A stretch of DNA of 64,000 nt from Eledone cirrhosa (lineage: Eukaryota): positions 186,124,001 to 186,188,000 of the forward strand of contig OZ024742.1 of NCBI GenBank assembly GCA_964016885.1, in the 5' to 3' direction. Position numbers and translations under genes: made by a program. Below, one piece after another: positions 30,001 through 42,311 of the stretch; position 1 is the first letter of the stretch; each line of letters begins with the position of its first letter. The notes under the pieces are model-generated. The model was not told where the DNA came from, ran no database searches, and saw only the letters and a program-made list of their open reading frames with translations.

Positions 30001-33000
30001 GATAGACTGGTAATATATAGAGATATTATAGTACTTTGAGTAGCTTCTATATAGAAATAGACTGGTAATATATAGAGATATTATAGTACTTTGAGTAGCT
30101 TCTATAAAGAAATAGACTGGTAATATATAGAGATATTATAGTACTTTGAGTAGCTTCTATATAGAAATAAACTGGTAATATATAGAGATATTATAGTACT
30201 TTGAGTAGCTTCTATATAGAAATAGACTGGTAATATATAGAGATATTATAGTACCTTTAGTAGCTTCTATATAGAAATAGACTGGTAATATATAGAGATA
30301 TTATAGTACCTTTAGTAGCTTCTATGTAGAAATAGACTGGTAATAATAGAAATATTATAGTACTTTGAGTAGCTTCTATGTAGAAATAGACAGGTAATAT
30401 ATAGAGATATTATAGTACTTTGAGTAGCTTCTATATAGAAATAGACTGGTAATATATAGAGATATTATAGTACCTTTAGTAGCTTCTATATAGAAATAGA
30501 CTGGTAATATATAGAGATATTATAGTACCTTTAGTAGATTCTATATAGAAATAGACTGGTAATATATAGAGATATTATAGTACTTTGAGTAGCTTCTATA
30601 TAGAAATAGACTGGTAATATATATAGATATTATAGTACCTTTAGTAGCTTCTATATAGAAATAGACAGGTAATATATAGAGATATTATAATACTTTGAGT
30701 AGCTTCTATGTAGAAATAGACTGGTTAATATATAGAGATATTATAGTACCTTTAGTAGCTTCTATATAGAAATAGACTGGTAATATATAGAGATATTATA
30801 GTACCTTTAGTAGCTTCTATGTAGAAATAGACTGGTAATAATAGAAATATTATAGTACTTTGAGTAGCTTCTATGTAGAAATAGACTGGTAATATATAGA
30901 GATATTATAGTACTTTGAGTAGCTTCTATATAGAAATAGACTGGTAATATATAGAGATATTATAGTACCTTTAGTAGCTTCTATATAGAAATAGACTGGT
31001 AATATATAGAGATATTATAGTACCTTTAGTAGCTTCTATGTAGAAATAGACTGGTAATAATAGAAATATTATAGTACTTTGAGTAGCTTCTATGTAGAAA
31101 TAGACTGGTAATATATAGAGATATTATAGTACCTTTAGTAGCTTCTATATAGAAATAGAATGGTAATATATAGAGATATTATAGTACCTTTAGTAGCTTC
31201 TATGTAGAAATAGACTGGTAATATATAGAGATATTATAGTACCTTTAGTAGCTTCTATATAGAAATAGACTGGTAATATATAGAGATATTATAGTACCTT
31301 TAGTAGCTTCTATGTAGAAATAGACTGGTAATAATAGAAATATTATAGTACTTTGAGTAGCTTCTATGTAGAAATAGACTGGTAATATATAGAGATATTA
31401 TAGTACTTTGAGTAGCTTCTATATAGAAATAGACAGGTAATATATAGAGATATTATAGTACTTTGAGTAGCTTCCATGTAGAAATAGACTGGTAATATAT
31501 AGAGATATTATAGTACTTTGAGTAGCTTCTATGTAGAAATAGACTGGTAATATATAGAGATATTATAGTGCTTTGAGTAGCTTCTATGTAGAAATAGACA
31601 GGTAATATATAGAGATATTATAGTACCTTTAGTAGCTTCTATATAGAAATAGACTGGTAATATATAGAGATATTATAGTACTTTGAGTAGCTTCTATGTA
31701 GAAATAGACAGGTAATATATAGAGATATTATAATACTTTGAGTAGCTTCTATGTAGAAATAGACTGGTATATATATAGAGATATTACAGTACCTTTAGTA
31801 GCTTCTATATAGACATAGACTGGTAATATATAGAGATATTATAGTACTTTGAGTAGCTTCTATATAGAAATAGACAGGTAATATATAGAGATATTATAGT
31901 ACTTTGAGTAGCTTCCATGTAGAAATAGACTGGTAATATATAGAGATATTATAGTACTTTGAGTAGCTTCTATATAGAAATAGACTGGTAATATATAGAG
32001 ATATTATAGTACTTTGAGTAGCTTCTATATAGAAATAGACTGGTAATATATAGAGATATTATAGTACCTTTAGTAGCTTCTATATAGAAATAGACTGGTA
32101 ATATATAAAGATATTATAGTACCTTTAGTAGCTTCTATGTAGAAATAGACTGGTAATAATAGAAATATTATAGTACTTTGAGTAGCTTCTATGTAGAAAT
32201 AGACTGGTAATATATAGAGATATTATAGTACTTTGAGTAGCTTCTATATAGAAATAGACTGGTAATATATAGAGATATTATAGTACCTTTAGTAGCTTCT
32301 ATATAGAAATAGACTGGTAATATATAAAGATATTATAGTACCTTTAGTAGCTTCTATGTAGAAATAGACTGGTAATAATAGAAATATTATAGTACTTTGA
32401 GTAGCTTCTATGTAGAAATAGACTGGTAATATATAGAGATATTATAGTACTTTGAGTAGCTTCTATATAGAAATAGACTGGTAATATATAGAGATATTAT
32501 AGTACCTTTAGTAGCTTCTATATAGAAATAGACTGGTAATATATATAGATATTATAGTACCTTTAGTAGCTTCTATATAGAAATAGACAGGTAATATATA
32601 GAGATATTATAATACTTTGAGTAGCTTCTATGTAGAAATATACTGGTATATATATAGAGATATTATAGTACCTTTAGTAGCTTCTATATAGAAATAGACT
32701 GGTAATATATAGAGATATTATAGTACCTTTAGTAGCTTCTATGTAGAAATAGACTGGTAATAATAGAAATATTATAGTACTTTGAGTAGCTTCTATATAG
32801 AAATAGACTGGTAATATATAGAGATATTATAGTACTTTGAGTAGCTTCTATATAGAAATAGACAGGTAATATATAGAGATATTATAGTACTTTGAGTAGC
32901 TTCCATGTAGAAATAGACTGGTAATATATAGAGATATTATAGTACTTTGAGTAGCTTCTATATAGAAATAGACTGGTAATATATATAGATATTATAGTAC

Positions 33001-33484
33001 CTTTAGTAGCTTCTATATAGAAATAGACAGGTAATATATAGAGATATTATAATACTTTGACTAGCTTCTATGTAGAAATAGACTGGTATATATATAGAGA
33101 TATTACAGTACCTTTAGTAGCTTCTATGTAGAAATAGACAGGTAATATATAGAGATATTATAGTACTTTGAGTAGCTTCTATGTAGAAATAGACAGGTAA
33201 TATATAGAGATATTATAGTACTTTGAGTAGCTTCTATGTAGAAATAGACAGGTAATATATAGAGATATTATAATACTTTGAGTAGCTTCTATGTAGAAAT
33301 AGACAGGTAATATATAGAGATATTATAATACTTTGAGTAGCTTCTATGTAGAAATAGACAGGTAATATATAGAGATATTATAGTACCTTTAGTAGCTTCT
33401 ATATAGAAATAGACTGGTAGTATATAGAAATATTATAGTACCTTTAGTAGCTTCTATCTAGAAATAGACTGGTATATATAGAAA
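1..33484. repeat. 55-bp satellite DNA array (about 610 monomers, runs off the window start)
   Basis: Monomer ATATTATAGTACTTTGAGTAGCTTCTATATAGAAATAGACTGGTAATATATAGAG recurs every 55 bp (1, 56, 111...). Recurrent variants are ACTTTG/ACCTTT, TATA/TGTA, a 54-bp form (GGTAATAATAGAAAT) and a 9-bp deletion form (GTACCTTCTATG). Confidence 0.99.
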
Positions 33485-33520
33485 CATTCTAACATTCATT
33501 ATATCATCTCTCTCCTCTAG

Positions 33521-33706
33521 AGGCGGTGGATTGGCAATATCAGTAGAGGGTCAGACGACATGCTTTGACGCATAGAGTTACAGCCCTTGCCATTCTGAGC
33601 TCAAATCCAGCCGAGGTTAACTTTGCCTTTCATCCTTACGGGGTCGATAAAATAAAGTACCAGTAATGCACTGGGTAATTGTGGCCTTGTGCCAAAAGTA
33701 GAAACA
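33521..33706 (+). mobile_element. SINE-type interspersed repeat with probable target-site duplication
   Basis: Core 'TTCTGAGCTCAAATCCAGCCGAGGTTAACTTTGCCTTTCATCC...GGGGTCGATAAAATAAAGTACCAGT' recurs at ~39060-39135 (+) and ~41705-41795 (-). Direct repeat ATTATATCATCTCT at 33498-33511 and 33707-33720. Confidence 0.75.
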
Positions 33707-34381
33707 ATTATATCATCTCTTTCTCTTTCTCTTTCTCTCTGTAGACACACATAATGACAGTGTCGAAGATGCTATTTTTTTCATAAAATAAATTTTGCAA
33801 ATTTACCATGCTTCCCTGAGGATGCATTTTACAGTTTTCATTAAGCCGCTTTTGACACAAGAGAAGGATTATCTCTGCTAGTCAGTAACTTGAACTCCTA
33901 TATATGACCACTCTGAACATTACCTTTCATCTTTTCAAGGTTGATAAAAAGTACAAGTTGATTATTGTAGTTGATTCTACCTTTATATCTCTTTCTCACT
34001 TTCTTGCTATCACTCTCTCTCCCGTTCTCTGCAAGAAAACAACTGTGTTCAGACATGGAGAGGAGATGGGGTCCACCAGGTTAAAATATCCCAGATGGCA
34101 CCCCTATGATTACATCAGGATTTACGGGTACATACACACACACACATACATGCATTTACATAACCATACATACACATGCACACATTCATATATACACACA
34201 TACATACATATGACCTCTTAATGAAGTGTATAAATTATACTTAGTTAAGATTGTAGATAAACTAAAAATTATCTTTAAAAACAAAAATTTAAAGATAATA
34301 TATGTAATAGCAAAATAAATTTTGGTAGATAAAAAAAGAATATATATAAAATATACACAATATATATTTGAAGGTACATAC

Positions 34382-34559
34382 AGGTGGGTAATGCAGCAGT
34401 GTGTAAGAGCAACCAACGAAGTGTGACGTTCCCTTCTCTCATAACGTTCATTAACTTCTGAATATTGTCTAGAATGAAGTCCTCCTGTAACACACCTTCT
34501 TGTAGGTTCTTCTCCAGTTGACTGTTAAGTCTTTTCATTTTCTGGTTATATTTCATAGC
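34382..34559 (-). CDS. WASHC5: WASH complex subunit 5 (strumpellin), coding exon (5th in window, 178 bp)
   Basis: Acceptor ctcttctttag, donor gtatgt. Translates AMKYNQKMKRLNSQLEKNLQEGVLQEDFILDNIQKLMNVMREGNVTLRWLLLHTAALPT, matching strumpellin '[37 protein letters not shown]'. In frame with the preceding exon. Confidence 0.93.
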
Positions 34560-34854
34560 CTAAAGAAGAGCACTGTAGGTATTGGCATTGACTTTAACCA
34601 TTTAGCATTTAAACTGGCTGTATCTGGCCAGAATTCTCTCACCTCTTTCTTTTCAAACCGACCATAACAGATTGCTCATACTTATGTTAAAGTATTGTTC
34701 TCAAAATAAATAATATCAACATTTTGTAAATTCGATGTTATCTGAGATGATTATGTGAGATAAAGAGTTTACTGTGAAAATACAACAGTATATATAGAGT
34801 AATGTAAATGCTAAATTATTAAAAAAAGATCGTAGTAGAATAATATTGGACACA

Positions 34855-35010
34855 GCCTAGCTGAATGGGTTAGAAGTTTGGTTTGTAACCATAAAGTCGT
34901 GGGTTTAATCCACTGCATGGCATCTTGGATAAGTGTCAATTACTATAGCTCCAAGTTGACTTTAACTTTGTGAGTGAAATTGTGCAGATGGAAGAAACTG
35001 TTTGGAGGTT
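34855..35010 (+). mobile_element. Degenerate tRNA-derived SINE
   Basis: tRNA-like head (GCTGAATGGGTTAGAAG...GGGTTTAATCC) followed by a body shared with 55300-55455 ('TTTGGTTTGTAACCA', 'TTTGTGAGTGAAAT'). Confidence 0.6.
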
Positions 35011-35363
35011 CATTGGATCAGTCAGTATAGGAAATCTTTCTGAGAATAAACACTAAAAGTACTAAAAGTACTAAAAGGGGCGAAGAACCAAGTCTGAATT
35101 TACATTTTCTGTAACTTAGTGGTTTTCCAAAAAGAGATCAATAAAATAATGACCAGACTTGAAAAAATAAGTACTAGGATCAATATGATTGACTAAATCC
35201 CTTCAAGTAGGGGCCCCAGCATGGCCACAGTTGGAAACAAGCAAAAGAATAAAAGAACATACCAAAACACAACATTAACTCTTAACATGTTGTTAGGATT
35301 TTGTAGAAAATATCTAAAAGCAGGTTTGTTAATTCAAATGTTGATAGTATCTTTACTAGCGGA

Positions 35364-35752
35364 CATCATCATTTCATTTTACGTCCGCTTTTCCCTGCTT
35401 GCAAGGGTGGGACGGGAACTGATTCTGGCTTGATTTCTACAGCTGGATGCCCTTCCTAACACCAACCTCATTTACAGTGAGTGCTGGGTGCTTTTTTTCC
35501 GTGGCGCCTACACGTCCACTTTACAGTGTGGGCTGGGTGCTTTTTTGCCGTGGTACCTCCACGACCACTCTACAGTGGAATGATAGGGACCCCAGTCCCT
35601 ATCATCTCATTTCTACAGCTGAGTAAACTGGAGCAATGTGAAATAAAGTGTCTTGCTCAAAGAAACAACACATCACCCGGTCTGAGAATTGAACTCACAA
35701 CCTTTCGATTGCAAGGCCAATGCTCTAACCACTAAGCCATGTGCCTCCACAT
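35364..35752 (-). mobile_element. Composite SINE / RTE-3'-end repeat; near-identical copy at 54197-54640
   Basis: Long near-identical match to 54305-54640 ('GGGAACTGATTCTGGCTTGATTTCTACAGCTGGATGCCC...TGCTCTAACCACTAAGCCATGTGCC'). tRNA-like head on the minus strand at the right end, (CAT)n tail at the left. Confidence 0.75.
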
Positions 35753-35909
35753 ATTGTTGTAAAAATTTGCCGTATTAAAGTAAAAACTTTGATTTTAAAT
35801 GTGATACAGATATACTGCTGTTTTGGAATTTTCAAGGATGTCTTGCTAATGGAGTTTCATTTGATATGAAATGTTAAGAGTTAAAATAAAGAAAACCAGG
35901 AAGATTTAC

Positions 35910-36023
35910 CTGTTCCTTAATGTTGCTCTGCTCCAGTGTGTTGTTGAGAGCAATCATGGCAGCTTTATAAGAGGACCAGACATCAATAAGGTTGACAGTT
36001 ATACCCATATAGACACTTATTAT
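35910..36023 (-). CDS. WASHC5: Strumpellin coding exon (4th in window, 114 bp)
   Basis: Acceptor gttttccag, donor gtaaat. Translates [38 protein letters not shown], matching '[38 protein letters not shown]'. Not in the ORF track. Confidence 0.95.
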
Positions 36024-36315
36024 CTGGAAAACATAAACATACAGAAGAGGTAGAGAAAATAGGGGAGTGTTAAAAACTATGGGTTTGATGAGAATAAAGC
36101 TAAAGTCATGACCACCATCACTATTATTATAACCACCACCAATTAGACAGTCACCATCACCACCTACTTAATTATCACTTTACTAATTATTAAATAAATA
36201 TATTTTAATGGGATTTGAACTGCACAAGGCCAAAACAAACACTATGAGTCTATTTCACCCATGCTTAAAAAAAACAACAAAAAAACTGTTGAAGACAACT
36301 GGAATAGTAACTTAC

Positions 36316-36541
36316 CCAATTATCAGGGAAATATTTATCAACAATTTCTCTCATTTTGGCTTGTTGGTTGTGGAGTATCTCTGGTTCAAAGTAAAGAATG
36401 ACGTACAACATACTGGCTTGGGTAGCAAGAGCTGTAGACCTGTGTTCTGGAAGTGGGTAGGCAGCCACTTGGTTGTAGATGTCATCTGAACGTAGTCGGC
36501 CAATTACCATACTAATGAATACACGGTTAATGGGAACTCGG
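36316..36541 (-). CDS. WASHC5: Strumpellin coding exon (3rd in window, 226 bp)
   Basis: Acceptor ttttttgcag, donor gtaagt. Translates (S)[75 protein letters not shown], nearly identical to vertebrate strumpellin. Confidence 0.97.
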
Positions 36542-37680
36542 CTGCAAAAAATAAGACAGGCAGATTATTTAGGAAGGTATCCTTAACCTTTAGCATGCTC
36601 TAGGCGACATAAGGCGCTGATAGAGTAATCTCCCCTTAATACATAATTCCGTGTCAAGAGAAAGAATTCATAAAAATTTCTAGTGTGCTAAAGGTTAAAA
36701 AAGATCAATAACCCTTTTCAAACTTTGTGTAAAGGAACGGTGGAAGGCGACTTCCAGCCTGAGACCTGCTCTAAATGCTTGCAATAGAGTAAGCTCTGTT
36801 AAAGGCCCCCAAGGGCCATGTGGTGCTGTTAAACCCAGCAATAGGTTAAAATCTTTGCTACCAAACTTTATGAAATCGTTCCTGGTTATATTATACCAAA
36901 TTGATTGTTTTAAAGTGTTCGTATTTATCTAAAAACTTTTGATTGTAATTTTGTGTAAGAACCTTTATTAAGTTATGCTCCAAACATCTGCTTAATAATG
37001 AGAAAGTTAGTTATATTATTAACTCTCTCTAAATTTTTGATTATTTTTAATATTATTTGTAAACGATAGATAGTGTATTTCTTTAGATCTATGGTAATGA
37101 AATAGGATGCAGTGGGATTTGAACTTAAAATGCAAAGTCCTGGAATAAATACTTCAAGACATATCGTCTGATTCTCTACCAATTCAACCAATCTACTGCT
37201 CTGCATATGTACTTTATCATCTTCAAAATATAAAAGACAAAGGTATTCTCAGTTAGATTTGAACTCAGAGCCAATGTAATTTATAACTGCAGCAGTACTC
37301 TGGATGTACACTAAGTTTAGAACTGATATTAGTCCAACGCATGCAAGTGTGGAAAAATAGATGTAAAAACGATGATGGTAATGATTATTTAGCAAATTGA
37401 CGTGAAAATATCAAGAATCAGTACCAGTCCAATTGATTCTCTTTCTCCCTCAATGTCTCTTTATCTCTGTCTGGTCTCTCAATGTCTCTTTATCAGACTC
37501 TCAATACCTTTTTATATCTCTGGAAGAAATTGACTGTGGTCATGTCTGGAGAGAGACATGAGCTTTACACAATTTTTAAATACCCATGATACACTGTGCA
37601 TCATGATAGCACTCCTAGTACATCATTAGGAGTTGAAGGCTGGCTCAAGGAAAGATGGAAATACACACACACACACACAC

Positions 37681-38205
37681 ATCATCATCATCATCCTTTT
37701 TATGTCTGTTCTTTCATGCTTGTGTTCCTTTGTCATCTCAGCTTTGATGAAATAAGCTCTCACCACAGCTACTCAAGTTTTTCTTGGTTTTCCTCTCTAC
37801 TGCAGCTTCCTTCTAGTGGCATCTCTTGGCACTTCATCATCCATACACATCACATAGTCTTCTTCTCTCTTGCATGCTACATCTGATTCATTTCATACTC
37901 AGTTTTTCCACACCCTGTCAATCATGCGCATTAACATCACACAACAGAGCATGCTTGCTTTATTTCTATCCAGCTTCCATATATCCTCAGCATTTGCTGC
38001 CCGTGTCTCACTGCCATGAAATATCCCACTTTTCATGCAGGCATCATACAATCTACCCTTAGCCAGTAGATAAAATCCCTTTGTTGTCTACAGGGGTAGT
38101 AGCTCCTTGAACTTTTTCCAGATTGTTCTTATTCCAGCTTCTATGGTTTTAGAGCATCTTCCTCCACCATTAATTAGGTCACCTGAGTAACAGAAACTAT
38201 CAACT
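37681..38205 (-). mobile_element. Degenerate RTE-clade LINE 3' fragment
   Basis: Minus-strand peptide IVDSFCYSGDLINGGGRCSKTIEAGIRTIWKKFKELLPL resembles the RTE post-RT region (F.YLG...I..RI..GW.KF.EL.P.L). Ends in a (GAT)n tail at ~37681-37694. Confidence 0.7.
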
Positions 38206-39008
38206 ATATTCATACATATGCCATGCACACACACACACTCATGCCATACAAAAGTGCATGCCACATACATTCATATACACAATCATACATACACACACAC
38301 ACTAACAATAACCTTTCTTGCTGCCAACTTAGTTATGAAATCAATATTTGAACAGTGTTATTGTACCTGTATGTAATGTGTATATAGAATAAGCCCTATA
38401 AAGGCAGTGTGTGTGTGTATATATGTGTATATATATACATATATATATATAATCATCCTACTTACACACACAACTGTTGTAGTTCTGCATGCATACAAAC
38501 ACTAAGTATTATTGGCGACATACATATTTATACATACACATATCTATTCTTTCTTGCTAATTAAAACTTTGGTCATTGCTAGATTTACTTTTGGACATCT
38601 AAAATCTAGGTTTTGCTTTCACATTAGGAATTGATAGATTCATATCGGAGAACCAAGCATCTTTATTGACAGACACTTTTAACCCTTTCATTAACCCTAC
38701 TTCATACTAAATTCTTAGTTGAACTCATTGCTAGCCCTCACTATGGAGATAGCGTCTCTGCATTTGACACGTCCTGCTCTCACAAACCATTTATCTAGAT
38801 CTAGTTTTCTTAGTGTCAACCAGACTACAAAGTGTGGTAAGTTGTCAACGGGCTTCAGTTGGATAATAAATCCCAGCTATAGTGGCTTGCTTTTAGCTAA
38901 GAACTTCTGAGGTTTTTTCTCATTAGGAAGAGGTCATTAGTGGCATAAACACTGAATTGCACCTCATTTTAGTCAATTTTTTCTCCCTAATTGGTTGATT
39001 TATGAATT

Positions 39009-39140
39009 GGCAGAAGTGTTAGAATGTCAGCTTAAATGTCTCAGTATTTCTTCCAGCTTTCTGCACTCTGAGTTCAAATCTTGCCAAGATCAATTTGTCT
39101 TTCGTCCTTTTGCTATTGATAAATAAACGACCAGATAAGG
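39009..39140 (+). mobile_element. SINE fragment (same family as 33521-33706)
   Basis: 'CTCTGAGTTCAAATCTTGCCAAGATCAATTTGTCTTTCGTCCTTTTG...GATAAATAAACGACCAG' matches the family core. Confidence 0.6.
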
Positions 39141-39368
39141 ATGAAGGATTGATGGAATTGTTAGAGTATTGGCTGGGAGGACTTCCAGTTTTGAGCATTC
39201 TGAATTCAAATCCTGCCTGTTGTCACCAGAAGAGCTGTGATGGTAATACCAGGAGTTGTGACTAACAGAATAGTATCAGCAATAGAAACATAATTCCCAT
39301 AGTTCTTCTATTACTAGATTTGAACTCAGGAGTGCAGAGAACCAAAGCAAACACTGTGACAATCTGTA

Positions 39369-39902
39369 ACAGGATGGAGAATGCATTGCCCCAGAGGATG
39401 GTGAGGGAGACACAGTGAAACAGCTACTCTACCTCATGGGGCTTGCACCTGCGAGTGGCCAACTCCACCCCAATAGCAGTGAGTAGGATGTGGCCAAGAA
39501 TGCTGGAGGTTTCCAATGCTACAGGCTCTACCATAAACCTATCTGTAACAACTCAAGCAATTGGTAGACCAACAAATTAGGGAGAGAAAATTGAGTTAGA
39601 TGAGGTGCAATACAGTATTTATGCTATTAATGTTCTCTTCCTTGCCCCTTTAATAATTGATGTTAATGCAGCAGTCACTGGGATTGACCCCCTCCTGTAC
39701 TACCTGACTAACTAGAGCATGTTCCATTTTGCCAACGTCCGCTCTTGGATAAGTTTATGGTAGAGCCTGTAGGAGTGGAGACTTCTGGCATTCTTGGCCC
39801 CTGGACCATACCTCTACTTACTGCTATTGGGGTGGAGTTGGCTGCCTGCAGGTGTGAGCATCTACCTCGCCATCATTCAGAGCAATGTATTCTCCATCCT
39901 GT
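39369..39902. repeat. Diverged inverted repeat (arms ~39369-39543 and ~39748-39902) of a probable RLE-type non-LTR retrotransposon remnant
   Basis: Arms are reverse complements (e.g. CCAACTCCACCCCAATAGCAGT / ACTGCTATTGGGGTGGAGTTGG). The right arm reads FMVEPVGVETSGILGPWTIPLLTAIG, like the 'P.AVET.G.WG' restriction-like endonuclease end of CRE/NeSL/R2-type elements. Confidence 0.6.
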
Positions 39903-40409
39903 CGGTTGGGATCCAGAGGTGGAGGGCAAGTTAGTTGGTGGTGGAGGATACTCGTTCGGATGTCACTTCAACAACTAAAGTATATTTACAAATGCATACA
40001 TATATTCATCTATCTTTATCTTTTGTTTTTACTATCTCAGTCACTATCATAGGTGGTCAGGCTACTTTTCTTCCCTTTCATATCCTCCTTAACCCCCAAC
40101 ATTCTGTAATCATTCAGCAGAAAATATCTAAGAAAGGGTTTGTTTATTCAAATATTTGTAGTATCTTAACTAGTGGATAGATCACTGTGGAAATTTACAG
40201 TAAACTGAAGTGGAGGTTTTAATATTTAACGTGATAGTGTCATAGTACTGTTTTGTAATATGTAACAGGACGTTAAGAGTTAAAGGTCATTTCAGCTGTA
40301 TAACTGTTCACACACACACACACACACACAGAGCAAAAACCAGGGCTTCTAAGAAAAGATCTTCTAATATGAATGTATATTAGTATATTAGCCTTTTATA
40401 TAAAATTTC

Positions 40410-40475
40410 TACAATTTGACAAACATACACAATTATATATATACACATATGTACACACACACACACACACACACA

Positions 40476-40551
<76 letters not shown>

Positions 40552-40613
40552 TGTGTATGTGTGTGTGTGTACATATGTGTATATATATAATTGTGTACAT
40601 TTGTCAAATTGTA
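40410..40613. repeat. Near-perfect palindrome centred on (TA)n
   Basis: TACAATTTGACAAA...ACACAATTATATATATACACATATGTACACAC on the left of the (TA)n run is mirrored by GTGTGTACATATGTGTATATATATAATTGTGT...TTTGTCAAATTGTA on the right. Confidence 0.9.
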
Positions 40614-41160
40614 TATATATATATTTACACACACACACAGGTATATATATATATATATATACACACACACATATACACCTGTCAGTTATAAAATACACTG
40701 CACCAGTTCAAATTTCTAACCTGGAATATTTCCAAAGATACACAGCAGAAATGGTTTTGGCCCCTCCCTCCACACCACCACTGCCATTACTACCACCACA
40801 CTGCACCTCATCTCACCTCACTGGGATAATTTTCATATTAAACAAAGAACAACAACAAAATGACCATTACCACCAACACCACCACTACCCTACCAACCAC
40901 CACTGCCACCATACCCAAACCCCACCACTGCCACAAGCAGCAGCAGCAGCAGCAGCAGTGCCAACGCTGCCATCACCACCACCACCACCTTCAATAACCT
41001 TCTTAACACCTCTAACAGTGATACAATAACAAGAATATTGATTACTTGAACATAACCACCTCTAGCACACACAGGCTATCACCACCACCATCACCACCAC
41101 CACCACTATCACTACCACCACTACTACACAAGCTATCACAACTCCTGTTGCCACCACCGC

Positions 41161-41362
41161 CAACCCACCATCATATAACCACCACCACATGCACTCATTC
41201 CACCACCAACCCACCTACATATAACCACCACCACATGCACTCATTCCACCACCAACCCACCTACATATAACCACCACCACATGCACTCATTCCACCACCA
41301 ACCCACCATCATATAACCACCACCAACCCACCTACATATAACCACCACCACCACCACCACCG
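41161..41362. repeat. 46-bp tandem repeat (about 3.5 copies) within a (CAC)n-rich low-complexity tract
   Basis: CAACCCACC(TA/AT)CATATAACCACCACCACATGCACTCATTCCACCAC starts at 41161, 41207, 41253 and partially at 41299. Confidence 0.85.
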
Positions 41363-41659
41363 CATGCACTCTATTACCACTTCTCTACTAAAAGTCCAAT
41401 CACCATTAACATCAATCATTTCTCAATCAGCACCCCACCCCCATCAACACTGTTACTCTCAACAACCGCACAACATTTGAGCCAACATGGGAACCACTAT
41501 GTGGTTTCTTAATTGGCTAGAAACAGCAGCCAAATCTTTCTTGAATGTCACTCTACCATTTTAAAATTGGAGTGGTATGCTGGATTATCTGGTCCTATAT
41601 ACTGCACTGTATGGTCCACAGCATTTCTTGGACATTTTAAGCCTGGTGGCGCCCATCCC

Positions 41660-41862
41660 TCTCAGGGCCTGAGTGCAGCAGATTTCTTCCAGAGAGAGGA
41701 AGAATCGACCCCAGTACTAGACTGGTACCTCATTTTATTGACCTCGAAAGGATGAAAGGCAAAGTTGACCTCGGTGGGATTTGAACTCAGAGAGCAGAGA
41801 GCCAGAACAAATACCATAAAACATTCTATCCAACGTTCTAATAACTCTGCCAATTTACTGCC
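41660..41862 (-). mobile_element. SINE (same family as 33521-33706), reverse orientation
   Basis: 'CTGGTACCTCATTTTATTGACCTCGAAAGGATGAAAGGCAAAGTTGACCTCGGTGGGATTTGAACTCAGA' is the reverse complement of the family core. Confidence 0.75.
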
Positions 41863-42311
41863 AACTCTGGTCCTATATACAAAAGTAACGAAAAGGTCAT
41901 GGCTGAAATTTTGTTTGGTCGGCAGAGAAAAAGAGCAGTGCCTATGACCCTTTTCAGAGCTTCCAAGACTTGAGAGCAGAAAAACATTCCAAATGCTTGC
42001 CACGGTACTGAAGATGCCAGAGTTTAGATTAAAATAGCTGATCTATGACTGGTTGGAGTTGGGATATAACGAGTCAGAGCTTGATAAAACCCAACTAGGT
42101 CACCTGAGTATGGTTGCATGATGTTGAAAGACCAGAAACACCTAGTGACCACAGGTAACATTACTGATGATGTACCCCAACTATAACTTATATGAGGATG
42201 TATCTTGGTAGAAAATGTTAAAGAATATTGGAAAAGATTTTATTTAAAAAAATAAAATAATAATTGTTATATATCCCCTGGGGAAAATATGGTTCATATA
42301 ATGAATCTCAC

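Noticed and set aside
1-33484. Satellite array as a CRISPR array or coding repeat
   Set aside because: No unique spacers, no cas genes, eukaryotic context and no ORFs in the track; it is a head-to-tail tandem repeat.
33485-34381. Next strumpellin exon or the 105-aa ORF at 33904-34221
   Set aside because: No strumpellin-like translation found by eye; the ORF runs into (CA)/(TACA) repeats and has no recognisable homology.
35680-35745. tRNA gene
   Set aside because: tRNA-like SINE head repeated at ~54570-54635 and fused to a SINE body; no clean cloverleaf.
42157-42225. CTGATGA...GAAA at 42164-42215 as a hammerhead
   Set aside because: No consistent stem III plus UH site together with a pairable stem I.
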